Source: Eledone cirrhosa (Eukaryota). Taken from it: a stretch of 64,000 nt of DNA. The translations under genes were made by a program, and so were the position numbers. The first letter of the stretch is position 1. Each line of letters begins with the position of its first letter. The DNA lies in contig OZ024741.1 in the NCBI GenBank assembly GCA_964016885.1, forward strand, positions 71,858,001-71,922,000, written 5' to 3'. Shown in pieces: positions 12,535-26,154 of this stretch. The notes under the pieces are model-generated. The model made no database searches, was not told the origin of the DNA, and saw nothing but the letters and a program-made list of their open reading frames with translations.

Positions 12535-13285
12535 TCATCATCATCGTTTAACGTCTATCTTCCACGCTAGCATGGGTTTAGACGGAATTGTCTCACGTGA
12601 GGCAAGATTGGTTGTCTGGCGGGTTTTCTACGGCTGGATGCCCTTCCTAACACCAACCACGTTTACAGTGTGGACTGGGAGGTTTTTACCATGTTACCTA
12701 CACGGCCACATTACAGCGTGGACTGTGTGTTTTTTTGTCGTGAAACCTACACGACCTCATTTATTTCGGACTGGATGTTGTGGTACAAACATAACTTTAC
12801 AGAGAAAGGGCTGGGGTAGGTGTAGTGGGATGGGGGTGTATTTTTGGTTAGGAGGTGCCTACTGACTGTAAGTTTCGCTTTGTACTTAGGCAAGGCGGGT
12901 CTTCTGTATTACTGCGTAGCGCCAAAGATCTCGGTCCAGTGACATTGTCTTGGAGAGGTGTAAGTGTGTAAGGTCGGAATTTATCAAATCGTCCCAGGTT
13001 TTTCTGGGTCTGCCTACTCCGTAGCTTCCATCTATTTTGATCGCCCTGCACTTTTTTATACAGCTGTCGTCTTTCATGCGCATCACGTGACCATACCAAC
13101 GTAGTCTTCTCGCGAGTAAACAGCATCTGATCCTTCTTATTCCTAATTTCTCCCTTAATTCATTTATGCTTTGCCATTCACGTATATTACTATTACACAT
13201 CCAACAGAGCATGCAAGCTTCGTTCCTCTCCAGTCTGCGCAGATCCTCTGCACACAATGCCCAGGTTTCACTGCCATGTAATATG
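12535..13285 (-). mobile_element. RTE LINE 3' fragment, same subfamily as 52792-54692
   Basis: HGSETWALCAEDLRRLERNEACML.WMC...RLRWYGHVMRMKDDSCIKKCRAIKIDG is near-identical to the 54-kb copy. Shares the 3' UTR and (GAT)n tail. Confidence 0.92.
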
Positions 13286-15019
13286 TGTATTTTAAAATAA
13301 TTCTCTGAGATTCACTACAACATAGGGTGTGACAAGGCAAATGCTTTGAATAACAAGTACAGTTCATTTAACAGAATTCCAAACAGTTTCCATTTTTCAA
13401 ATTTGACTCACAAGACTTGGGATGACCTGAGGTTATTGTAAATGACGTTTGTCGAAGGTATTGAACCTAGAATCTCATTATTGTGAAACAAATGTCTTAA
13501 TCACTTGGCCATTACAGAAGTGTTAGAAGTTAATTCTTTTATTACTATATTTTTGATAAAATATAGTTTGTTTGAATTAACAAATGAAGAATTTGGAGTG
13601 ATTTCCTAATGTTTTGTATTGTTATAACTATATATTACAATTACTGTTATTGTTATACCTACTGTTTGCCCTTTGGTGATATCCACTTTCTTTTACTTGA
13701 TGTAAACCCCACTCTGTGTGGTTTTTGTCCTTGTATTGTCCCCAATCTCATGGGTCCTTGTGGCAAATAAAAGAAATCCTTAAGATGGTACTTGCAATAT
13801 AACAAAAAGGTTCTTATATAAAATTATGTTGGGAGATTTTGATTTAAATAAGGACACTTTAAATGGCTGGTTTTATTCCATAGAACCAGAGGCAGTTTTA
13901 GGTAGGTTGGTATTGAAGAGGAGAGAAGATAAAAAGCATGGTTAGGTGGTCACACCTGCAGAAGATTGAGACTGGTGATTGAAGGAGACACAAGATTCAA
14001 GATAAGAGAGCCGTACTGCATTAGAGAGCATATTTAGACTGTCATGAAAGTGCATGGCTGTGGTTAGGGTGCTGGGCTTATTATTGTAAGGTTGTTGTGT
14101 CCTTAAGTAAGACTCTTGGTTTTACATTGCTCCAGTCCCCTCAGCTGGAAGAAATGAGTTGCATTGGTGTGAAGTTTTATCAGCCTTTGTTTTTCCTTTG
14201 GACAACAGCATACCTAGTATATATAGCATTATGTCCTTGAGCTAGACACTTTATTTTCACGTTGCTCCAGTTCACTCAGCTGTAGAAATGAGTTACGGCA
14301 TCACTGGTAGCAAGGTGTATTGGCCTTATCTTTGGACAACATCGGTGGTGTGGAGAGGAGAGGCTGGTATACATAGGCGCGACTGCTAGTCTTCCACAAA
14401 ACATCCTTGCCTGGACTTGTGCCTCGGAGGGGAATTTTTTAGGTGCAAATCCCATGGTCATTTGTGACCGAAGTGTGTCTTTACCCTTTCATATATAGTG
14501 TATTTATAGTTTATATTGTGTATAAATCAGTTGTGACATCACTAGTGCCAAGCTGTATTAGTCTTTGTCTTTCCTTTGGCAACATTAGTGTCAAGGAGAG
14601 ATGGGGGCGTGCATGCATGGGTGACTGCTGGTTTTCACAAAACACACTATGTTCAGGCTTGGACCTCAGAGAGGCAAGCCCATGGTCAGTCATGACCAAA
14701 GGGGACTATGTTTATATTCCTTTAAACTTTGTAGAAAATGAACAATTACTCAAGGACAAAATAATTCATTGGGTTTTCAGAAAGAGTCAATTGTCCATTT
14801 TGTTGATGAAGTTTTTACATTATTAAAATTGGGAGATTTTTATTAAAAGATATGGACATAGCAAGTAGTTTTAAGACTTTAGGGTGTGTTTTAAGAATTT
14901 GAGGTAAAATGCCTTGTTAGGGTTGGCTCCCTTATTGATTTTATTCAATAACAGTGGTGTTGGTGATGATGGTGGTGGTGCTGCTGTTGCTGATGTCTTT
15001 TCTTATCTTCTAATTTCAG

Positions 15020-15046
15020 ATTTATATTAAAACAAAGACGAGCTAG
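15020..15046 (+). CDS. MGAT4: MGAT4 terminal coding exon (IYIKTKTS*)
   Basis: Pyrimidine-rich taatttcAG acceptor. Phase-0 IYIKTKTS-TAG completes the WAILSE|I.IK C-terminus typical of MGAT4A/B. Too short for the ORF track. Confidence 0.82.
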   Translation: MYIKTKTS

Positions 15047-18000
15047 CCATTTGTTACATTGTTGTTGTTGTTGTTATTCTTGCTGCCAAGAAAGAAAAAA
15101 AGTAAATAAATAAAAGAGCAACAGAAAATAAAAAAAGAATAATAATAAAAAAAAACACCTAAAGAAGCAACCAACTTAAAGATAAACAAAGGTGGGGCAG
15201 AAGAAATGGTAAAGATGGAATGTTAGGCCATTCTTTGCAATGTCCTGACATTAATAAAGTTCTGATGATATTTTTCACACCACCATTATTATATAACTCA
15301 TTAGGACGGTAGATTGGCAGAATCGGTAGAGCATCGGGGAAAATACGTTAAGCTATTTGTTCCGGGTCTTTACATTCTGAGTTCAAATCTTCCTGAAGAC
15401 AACTTTGCCTTTCATCTTTCTGGGGGTTGATAAAATAAAGTATCAGTCAAGTACTGACTTGAATTCAATTGAGTAATCCCTTCCCCCAAATTTCTGGCTT
15501 TCTGCCTATATTAGAAACAATTATTATTATGAGAATGTTTGATTGGCAGAATCATTAGAGCATTAGGAAAATGCTTCATGATATTTGTTCTGGCTCCTTT
15601 ACATTCTTAGCTCATATCCTGCCAAGGTCAACTTTGCCTTTCACCCTTTCAAAGGGTGAGGTGGGGGATAAAATAAAGTACCAGCCAAACACTGGGGTCG
15701 ACATAATCGACTTTTCCCTTCCCCACAAATTGCTGGCCTTGTGCCTAAATTAGAAATCATTATTATATATTTAATGATGGTGGTGGAGATGTGTATTTAA
15801 TAATCAGTAACAGTCAGTAAACCTACCTATCACCTCTGAACATTTGGTGCTATCCTCAATGGCTTTACCGATGATGTCCAAACAAATTGGCACCACTTCC
15901 TTCTACTACTCCTGTAACAAAATATTGATTTTGTCTTCATTACAAATGTTTTTCCTATTTTTTACCCTTTTTTATTCGTTTCTTTTCTATTTTTTTCTGG
16001 TATTGTTTTTCTTGTATTTTCTTGTGTATTTTTTTTTCCCCCTTTTTTGTTAAATTATTATTAAAAAAAATTTTTTTCTATTTTTTTTTTCTTTGGAAGA
16101 ACGTCTTGTTTAAACTGATTTGATAAACTCTCCTCACCTTCCCCCTACCCCATCACATACACTTATCTTTGAATTGTGTAAAGATAGGGGGAGGGAAGCA
16201 ATACAGTGGTTCCCTTACCTGAGTATATGTGTGTGTGTGCCAATGACTTTTTGTATGTCTGTGTGTACTCCCAGGAGTATTTGTACATGTGTGTGTGTAT
16301 ATATATATATATGTCTGTGTGTGTGTATATATGTGCCAATGAGTATTTGTAAATTATATATATATAAAGTATGTGTGTGTCAATGCATAGACGTATACAT
16401 GCATGCAAGATGTGGTCATCTGACCTGTCTAACCATATAATGTGACAGCCCGTCTAACCCTTGAAAGCATGGAAATCAGACACAAAATGATGATGATATT
16501 ATCTCTCTCTATATAAATGTATGTATATATGAATGTGCAAGCACACACACAATAACTTTGGTTATGAGGGTTTAACTGGAAAAACCGGTTAAATATTTGA
16601 ATTCCAATTGAAATCCCTTATTGCCAGAATAATATTCTGTGTAACTTAAATTCAATCTGCTCCCTTGCCTTCATTTTAAAATATTCATCACCATCATCAT
16701 CATTTTTTATTTATCTTGTTGTAGACTAGTAACTTTGTTTACATAAGACTTCCTGATCTAATTAAGAAATCTTCACCCATCAACATTGTTATCACCACTA
16801 TCATCATCATTACAATCATTATCGTCATCAGCGTCACCATTATCATTGGGATGGGGGAGTTGATGGAAGCAGAAGGGATCCAGACCAGTTTTGTTTTGCA
16901 CTATTGAATCTAGTTTGGTACCTCACTGTTGAATGTGAGCTTGAACCCTAGAGGAGTTGGGTTTCTTTCTACTATTACCCATCCAGAGTCAATAAACAAG
17001 GTATTAGGATCAGTCATATATAATTATATTCCCTTTTAAACGAGAAAAATCCCCATGCTCCTTGGAAAGACATTATTGTTATTATTATAAGGGCGGTGGA
17101 TTGGCAATATAAGTAGAGGGTCGGACGCCATGCTTTGCAGCAAAGACTTACGGCCCTTTATGGTCTGAGTTCAAATTCTGCCGAGGCTAACTTTGCCTTT
17201 CATCCTTACAGGGTTGATAAAATAAAGTACCAGTAATACACTGGGATAATTGCTGGTCTTATGCTAAAAGTAGAAACAATTATTATTTTATTATTATTAT
17301 TATTCAGGACAGTGGATTGGCAGTATCGGTAGAGCGTTGGGAAATATGCTTTACATCATATACTTACGCTGATTACATTCTGAGTTCAAATCCCGCCTAG
17401 GTTAGCTTTGCTTTTCATCCTTCAGAGCTTGATAAAATAAAGAACCAGTAACACTGTAGTGTTGATTTAATCAAATTTTCCCTCTCACCAAAATTGTTGG
17501 CCTTGTGCCAAATTAAAAACAATTATTATTATTATTATTATATTAGTATTATTTTTACTGCATATCATCATCGCATTACTGAGCTTAGCTGTGTGTGCCT
17601 TGGGTATGTACAGTGTTATTGTTGTTATATTTAGAAGGACAAGGGATTGGTAGAATCGTTAGTGTCTGACAACTGCTGAGCAGTATTTTTCTGGGTCTTT
17701 ACTTTCTGAGTCAGCTTTGCTTTGTATCATTCCGAGGTCTATGAAATAAGGTTCCAGTAAAAAATTGTTGACCTTGTGCCTAAATCAGAAACCATTATTG
17801 TTATCATTATTTATATTTTGAGGGGCAGTGGATTGACTGAATCGTTAGAGCACCTGACAAAATGTCTTGCAGTATTTGGCTTTGGATCTTTACGTTCTGA
17901 TTTCAGATCTTGGTGAAGTTAACTTTGCCCTTCATCCTTTTAAGGAAAAGTAAGTATTAGGGGTACTGGGAGTCTATATAATTGATCCCTCGCCCCACTA

Positions 18001-20468
18001 AAAAAACAACAACCCAGTTTCAAATACTTGTTGGAACCATTGCATTTGCCTTACTTCATGCTCTTAAGTGAAGAATAGAAATCACCACTTGTTACATAGG
18101 CTTTCATATAGAGGTACAATGCCTGTATTGTTATTGTTGAGAAACAACTATGTAAAGAAATTATTATTATTGGATTGGCAGAAATGGTGTCGTTTGATAA
18201 AATCCCTTGCAGAATTTGTTCTGTGTTCAAATTCTGTCATGGTTAGTTTTGCCATTCATTTTCATGGGATTGTTAAAATAAAGTACCAGTTAAGTACTAG
18301 AGTCAATATAATCAACTTTTCCCTTCTCTCAAATTGCTGGCCTTGTGCCAATGTTAGAAAGAATACTTATTATTGTTATTGTTGTTGTTATTATTGAAGT
18401 AGGTGGTGAATTGGCAAAGTTGTTTGAACATCAGATAAAATGCTTTGCTGTATTCTGGCTCTCTGAATTCAAATCCTGCTGAGGTCAACTTTGTATTTCA
18501 TCCTTTTGAGGCCGATAAAAAATGCCAGTCCAGTACTGGGATCAATTCTTCCTCTATATCTCTTTCTCACTTCTTTCTCCTTCTCTTGAAGAAATTGGCT
18601 GTGTTCAGACCTGGAGAAGAAATGGGCTCTGCCAGGTTTAAAGTGCCCATGACAGTGCTCCTATGACTCCATCAGGAGTTACGGGTTCATACATTATTGA
18701 TGTGAGCAACAAAATGACAATTGGTGGAGTGTTGGAATAGCTATTACATTATAGTATTTACCTATGTCACTCTGTGATAGGTGTTCAAATCCTGTTAAGG
18801 TCAACTTTATCTTACACTCTTCTTAAACAAGTACCAGTCATGTGCTGTGTCAGACTGACTACCCTCCATTCCTATCTAATTTACAGCCTTTTGCAAAAAT
18901 GTAAGAAACTATAAGGTGGTAATGGTGATGATTGGTGATGATGATAAGAATTGTAGCCAAACTTATCCGGAATCAATTTCAGGGTTTCATTGTTGCAACA
19001 GGAAGAAAGACAATATATTAAGTACCAGTAATATACTGGTGAGTGGGAGGTAGGGCAGGGAAAGTGTTGAATTAAAATTTTTTAATAATTCCTTATCTTA
19101 CTACCACTCTTTTCCCTCTCTATACAATCAGTGTTGTTGTCTGTCTTGTTATCGTAAGAAATAATTACTGCTGTGAATGGATGTGTGTGAGGGAATAAGT
19201 TTAATTACTGACAAGGACTTCATCACTCCCCTCATCCCACCCTTTCCCTTTCCCAAAACTCAGGGTAAAGGCAGCCAGTCCAGGTGAATAAGGCTTTGGG
19301 TGAATACCACCAATGTCTACTTTACTTTTCATCTTTTCTGAGTTGATAAAATAGTGTACCAGTCCAGGGCAGTGGATTGGTGGAATTGTTAGAGCATCAG
19401 ATGAGATGCCTTTTGGTATTTGTTCTAACTCTTTACATTCTAAGTTCAAATCCTATCATGACCTACTAGGATGGTATACTTAATTTGTCACCTGGTTTAA
19501 CAACACCTGGCCCTTGCATGCCTTAAATGGAAACTACCTTGTTGCAAGCATTATGACCAGGTCTCCCATTTCAGGATACTTTCCTCCTCTGACTATGTGG
19601 TAAAGATGTACTCCAATTCAGTTGATGGTACTCTCCTTTCTCTACTATTGGAACAAACTGAAGAGTGGGTGTCCTGTCAACTCTTGTGACAAGATCTTAA
19701 AATTCTACCTTGTTTCAGTACACCAAGATATATGTGCATGGAGAATGGAAGAAAGAAGAGAGGTGTGGTCATAGGTGACTGGAGTGAGAGACTGTTTTCC
19801 ACAGTGTACTGACAGTATGTTTAGCAGTTGGTCATGTGCAGGTGGTGTACAAGTGTGGAAGGACCATCACTCTCTTGTGTGGAATGTATTGTTGTGAAAT
19901 TGCAGTGAGGATAACCAGTTTCAGCATCAACATCATCAGTTATTGTTGTTGGTTGTTATTGTTTGATTTTTTTCCTAAAAATTCCTTACTGCTGATTTAA
20001 AAAAATAAAAATAAACACGTATTTTTTATCTTAAAATTCTTCTTCATTCAAAACTAGTCTCACTTATTGCAATAGAAAGTGAGATAGTGGGGTTGGAGGT
20101 GGCAGATGTTTTTCATTGTTTGAGGGTAAATTAGGGGCTTTTTTTTTTTTTTTTTTAATTTTCTCTGTTGAGGGAAAGGTATAATTGTTACAACTTCCTT
20201 TATCTTATTTTATTTGTTTGCTCCTTAAGTATCTCAGACTTCATACCAATGTATAACATTATTGTTATTGGTGAAGTTGTTAGCGTTGGACAACATGCTT
20301 TGTAGCATATAGTTTCAGCCCTTTACATTCTGAGTTCAAATCTCGCCGAAGTTAGCTTTGCCTTTCATCCTTACAGGGTCGCTAAAATAAAGTACCAGTA
20401 ACACACTGGCTTCAATTTAATTGACTTTCCCTTCCCCAAAAATTGTTGGCCTTGTGCCTAAATCAGAA

Positions 20469-20501
<33 letters not shown>

Positions 20502-21466
20502 AATGGATTGTAGAGGGCAGTGAATTGGCAGGATTGTTAAAAGACATTGGGCAAAAATGTTTTGCAGTATTTATTTCTGCATCCTTCAGGGGTCAATAAA
20601 TTAAAGTACCAGTCATGCACTGGGGATAATGTAATCAAATTGTCCCACCTCATTAAAAAAATGTGTTGGCCTTGTGCCTGAATTAGAAACAATTATTATT
20701 ATTATTAGGTCTTGAATTGGCAAAGTCATTAGAATGTCAGATAGAATGCTTTGTGGTATTTGTTCTGGGTCCCTGTGCTGACTTTAAATCTTGCTGAGGT
20801 TAACTTTGCTTTCGATCCTTTCAAAGTCAATACAATAAAGTATTAGTTCAGCACTGAGGTTAATTCTTCTATATCTCTTTTTCACTTCCACTCTATCACT
20901 GTATATTCAAGACATGCTGTATGTCACAACAGTGTCCCTACAACTCCATCAGGAGTTACAGATCTATAGAGTTACACTCCTTTATGGTCTGAGTTCAAAT
21001 TCTGCTGAAGTTAACTTTGCCTTTCATCCTTACAGCGTCAATAAAATAAAGCACAAGTAACACTGGGGTAAAAACAATTATTATTGAGATGCCCAAGTCA
21101 CAGAAATAAGAGTGCTGGACTAAATGTCTTACTGTATTTAGTTTTGTTCCTCTGCATTCTGAGTTTAAATTCTACCAAAGTTGACTTTACCTTTCATCCT
21201 CTCCATATACGTTTTTTTTTTTGTTGTTTTTTTTATAAATGCATCCCCCCACCCTATTTTATTATGAATTGAAAGTTCTAGCAAATCTATTTCTTTGCAT
21301 AAATGTTACATTTCTGAGTCCTCCCTGCCCCCTATCTCTCTCCGGTAGCTGTGACATGATCTCAGCTGAAAACACCCATAGCAAGACTTATATATGTTTA
21401 TAATACATAAACATTGTATATGCTTTAATATACACCTCTATTATGAATCACACTATGATGGTGCAA

Positions 21467-21507
<41 letters not shown>

Positions 21508-21545
21508 ATCCCAGGTTCAATCGAGGGTAACCACAGTAAGTAAAG

Positions 21546-21724
21546 TACTCAATACCTAGCAGAGTATATATATTTAATATAGAAATAGCTTCTACAGGAC
21601 TAGAACTGTTTCATTCAAAGGAAATCATCAGGGCTTTCCTGATGATTTCCTTCGAATGAAACAGTTCTAGTCTTGTAGAAGCCATTTCTATATTAAATAT
21701 TTATACTCTGCTATTTATTGAGTA
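21546..21724. repeat. Fold-back palindrome (87-bp arms) with back-to-back HHR cores lacking stem I
   Basis: Arms 21546-21632 and 21638-21724. CTGATGA-tttcc ttcg aat-GAAA-cagttctag-TC on each strand. Related sequence at about 2929-2980 and 32163-32208. Confidence 0.8.
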
Positions 21725-21922
21725 TGTATATATATATATATATATATCATTCATTTTACGTCCGCTTTTCTCTGCTTATATATATAAAATAAAATAATAA
21801 AGATATGATTCCAATTCCTTGGAGGACTAACAACATACCCAGGAACTGGACATATCAATGTATTGACAGAGTGGAACACACTTCAACAACATGTGTACCT
21901 GTCTTTTCCACACCAATTCAGA

Positions 21923-21975
21923 CTGCCTGAAGAGGTCACAACCAATAATAGCTGTCACCGAAATATATGTAGCAG
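21923..21975 (+). ncRNA. Type I hammerhead ribozyme motif
   Basis: ctgc-CTGAAGA-ggtcaca...tgtcacc-GAAA-tatatg-TA-gcag. Predicted cleavage after A21971. Confidence 0.78.
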
Positions 21976-23370
21976 AGAATTTATAATTTATAATAAATGA
22001 AGCCAAATTTTACATGTTTGACTTACTTATTTTACATTACTCCGGAGTAAACAAACCAACCTGCGTACTTCATCGATTGCTCCAATCTGCATACTGAGGT
22101 GTCGGTAAACAACCAACATATACTCAATATATATATATATATATGTATATACATATATACACATATACAACCACCACAAACACACGTTTCTGGCTCTCTC
22201 TCTCCCCTCTTTTATTCCTCCCCCCCCCTCCTTTTTCAGGTCACATTAGAATTCTATGATGAATTGCTATGGTGAATTGACAGTCTTTGGATTGATGGAC
22301 AAAATGCCTTGCAGTATTTAATCCATCTCTCTCTCTCTCTCTCAGTTCAAATACCACCAAGGATAATTTTGCCTTTTATCTTTTAGGGGAGGGCTCAATA
22401 GAATAAAATACCAGTCTAGAGAAGTGGATTGGCAGAATTGTTAAGGCGTTTTGTATTTAAATCCCTCTGTCATTAACTTGAGTGGTAGTAGACATAATCT
22501 GTTGCCCAGTTTAACATCACTTGGGCCCTTGGGTGCCTTTAGCAGATTTGTGTTTCAAGCATCCTCTCCTACCAGCCTCAGACACCCTGAAAAGTGTCAT
22601 GAGAATTGCCCTTCTTTTCCTGACTATATAGTACCCCCCAGCCCCACCCCAAATAAAACTTACTGTGACTTGTTGACCTTTAAGGTCAATATTACACCGG
22701 AATTACTGTAAATAATCATGATTACTCTCTTCAGGAGAGAAGGGGGATGTATTTTTTTTATTTGAAAAAATTCTTTAAATTTTTATTTATATTTTTTGTG
22801 TTGTGTTATTTTTTTTTACTTTAAAAATTTTTTTAATTTTTTCTTAATTCCCACTCCCTCTCTTTTTTTTTTTTTTGGAATAATTATTTTTCTCGTTGAC
22901 CTAAAATTTACCAAATGTGATATTTCTTATGGAAAATACTAACGATATTATTATTATTAATGATATTGATAATAATAATAACAATAATGATAATAATAAA
23001 CTTTGCAATGAATAAAACATTCAATTTTTCAATCTAAACTAAGATATTTATTTTTATTCTTTTGTTCTGTTCATTTTCTGATTTTATGTGTGCATATTTT
23101 TATCTTTTATTTATTTATTTTTTGTTTATCCCATACCCATCCACACCACATTTTTAAAGCACTTTCATCCCTTTTAAATATCATATCCTAAGGTGGTGCT
23201 CCAACATGGCCACCGTCAAATGACTGAAACCAGTAAAAGAAAAAAAGAGTATGTGTTGGTGCATGTGTCTATGTATGTATATATGTGTGTGTCTGTGTGT
23301 GTGTGTGTATATATATATATGGAATTCATGATCTGTTATATGTATATAGATGTTTGATTTTGTTAAATTA

Positions 23371-23415
23371 TTACTATCTAATGAACTGAAAGTTGAAACT
23401 CTTCAGTCATAGTGA
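23371..23415 (+). ncRNA. Hammerhead motif with mutated core (CTAATGA)
   Basis: ttactat-CTAATGA-act gaa agtt-GAAA-ct cttc ag-TC-atagtga. Confidence 0.62.
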
Positions 23416-23705
23416 AGTTTTGTATTACTCTCTGCTTTGTATTGAGTACTTTTATCATGTGGTTGAATGCAGTATTGTACATTCACTCATATATACATAG
23501 ATATGTAATACGTGTATATATATATATGATGATGATGATGATATATATATACCATATTTATATAATATAACTAAATCTCTCTCTCTCTCTCTCTGTATAT
23601 ATATATATATATATATACCATATTTATATAATATAACTAAATCTCTCTCTCTCTCTGTATATATATATACTATATTTATATAATATAACTAAATCTCTCT
23701 CTCTT

Positions 23706-23739
<34 letters not shown>

Positions 23740-23743
23740 AAGA

Positions 23744-23793
<50 letters not shown>

Positions 23794-25549
23794 GATCCTG
23801 TAAAATGGTGATGTTGGTGCCACAAAATGCTTCCAGTGTATGCTGTAAAGTGGTTGGTGTTAGGAAGGGCATCCAACTGTAAAAATCATGCCAAAAATGG
23901 AATGTATGAGCAAGAGATATGTTCACCTGACTGGTTTATCCTTGGAACATGACCACCTGTCTAATCCATGCAGGCATGGAAAATAGATGTTAAATGGTGA
24001 TGGTGATTATATATATTTATATGTATATGTATAGTAAAAAGGTTTAAGCTATCCACACAAGTTCCATCATATAGGAAAAAAAATAGACAGTCAAAAATGC
24101 TCTAAAAGCTTTGAAACAAAATCTTTGAGATTAAACTTTTTTACATAACGTCACATTATATAAGGCACAATGTGAAGTTATGTAGAAGCATGTAAGGGTA
24201 AAAATGTTGTCTAAAAACATTTAGTCTATATAAAAAGTGCATTTTCAACTTTATTTTATCTAACATGTACATACACACATATATGTTAGCAGTAGCAGTA
24301 ACATAACATGGTTCATAATAGAGGTGTATATGATGGCACATGTAATATGTTTATGTATAATAAACATACAAGAGTGTCGCTGTGAATGTTTTAAGCTGTG
24401 ATCATGTCACAGTATCTCAGTAGACATGTGAGAATACCAGATATGTGTTTCTGGATTTTTCTCTGTCATTGGTGGCGTTTACTTAGTACAGAGACAAGAA
24501 TAAGCTATAATTTATATGCTTTTTGTTATATGAAACATAGATTGCAGATGCTCATTTTCATAAAGTGCAAGCCTGACCAGCTAGGATTAATTAGAAGTAG
24601 TACTAACATAGTCTGGTTCATAATAGATGTGTATAGAAGCAGGCAGATAGATTAATAGATAGAGTGATATAAACAAATAGATTGGTAGATAAATATATAG
24701 ACAAGCAGATAGATTGGTAGATAGATAGATAAGCATGCATATGTCCATCATCATCAATTTTGCAAGTGTTTTTCGATCCTGGTATATGTTGGTTGAGATA
24801 TTTTATGACAGATTTTCCTTATAGCTACATACCTTTTTTTTTTATACCAACCCATACTTTATTTTAAAATATGATTTGGAGAAACTGAAACATGAACATT
24901 TTAACCTTCCAATAGCAAATGAATTTATTTCAACCAATTTTGAAATATTCAAAAGCAAGAAAGATGTAAGTTTTGACAAAGCTGCTTACAAAATATTGTT
25001 TTAGCAAAACTCTGTGACTATGTATCAGGATATTTTATTCATCATTTATGATGTTTACTTATTACTCTCTTGCTACTGAGATTAGACTAAGCTATAGCTT
25101 ATATACTTTTGCAAATAAAACATCTCCAGGAGACATTTGCATAGAATGCATGCTTGACTAGGCTGGAATGGATTTATTATCAGTGGCATTAACATTTAAC
25201 ATGCTGTCGGCAACAATAGAGTAACCTCCCCATAATACATAATACAGTGTCAAGGGAAACAATTCATACAAAAATTCAGTGTGCTGAAGGTTAATATAGT
25301 GTGATTCATACATAATATATGAATACATATAAAATATATATATATATATATGTCTCACTATGACTGTTTGAAGCTGTGATCATGTCACAGCTATTCTATT
25401 AGACATGTGAGAATGCCAGACACTTGGGTTTCAGGTTTTTTTTTATCCATCATCAATGAGATAGATGTGAAATAATCACAAATTAAAATACATCATGTAT
25501 GCTTTCATAAATATATATTAGGAATCACGCTATGTTAGTGCTACTACTA

Positions 25550-25811
25550 ATATCTATCTATCTAACTATATATGTATGTGTATATATATATGTATATGCA
25601 TATATATATATATATGTGAAATATATACCGATATATATATATATATATATAAGCAAAATAAAAGAAGGAAGTGCAATAGGTTTAAAATCAAAATTTACTT
25701 ACATTATATATATATATATGCATATATATAAACATAATGATGATATATATATATACACTATATATAAACATATACATTATGTATATATATATATTATATA
25801 TAAACATATAT

Positions 25812-25847
<36 letters not shown>

Positions 25848-26120
25848 ATGGACACATTATGTGTATATATATGTATATATATTATATATAAACACTGTGT
25901 ATATATATATATATACATATGTGTATATATTATATATATATATGTATATATATGTGTATATATATATATATATATATGTGAATGAAAAGATTCAGGACCC
26001 CGATGGATGAAATCCGGCCGTTTCGACAGAGGTGTTGAATCTTTTCCTATTACCCACTCTACTACCCCAAGTATCGAGTACTCTGGTGGTACTTTACCAC
26101 ACCCTTATCTTATATATATA

Positions 26121-26154
<34 letters not shown>

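Larger units (their letters stand above)
15303..22470 (+). mobile_element. Cluster of about 15 co-oriented tRNA-derived SINEs
   Basis: Repeated unit ggcggtggattggcag(A box)...GAGTTCAAATCC(B box)...ctttgcctttcatcct..ggggtcgataaaataaagtaccag...tgctggccttgtgcc...(ATT)n. Copies at about 15303, 15540, 17090, 17306, 17636, 17822, 18171, 18401, 19371, 20270, 20515, 20707, 20985 and 22270. The central domain resembles the Meta/MESC SINE core (from memory). Confidence 0.88.

Noticed and set aside
17090-17300. A-box/B-box sequences resembling tRNA genes
   Set aside because: No cloverleaf, and they continue into a repeated SINE body and (ATT)n tail.
15303-22470. Regularly recurring repeat with unique spacers, CRISPR-like at a glance
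   Set aside because: Units are about 200-bp diverged SINEs with irregular spacing in eukaryotic DNA, and there are no cas genes.
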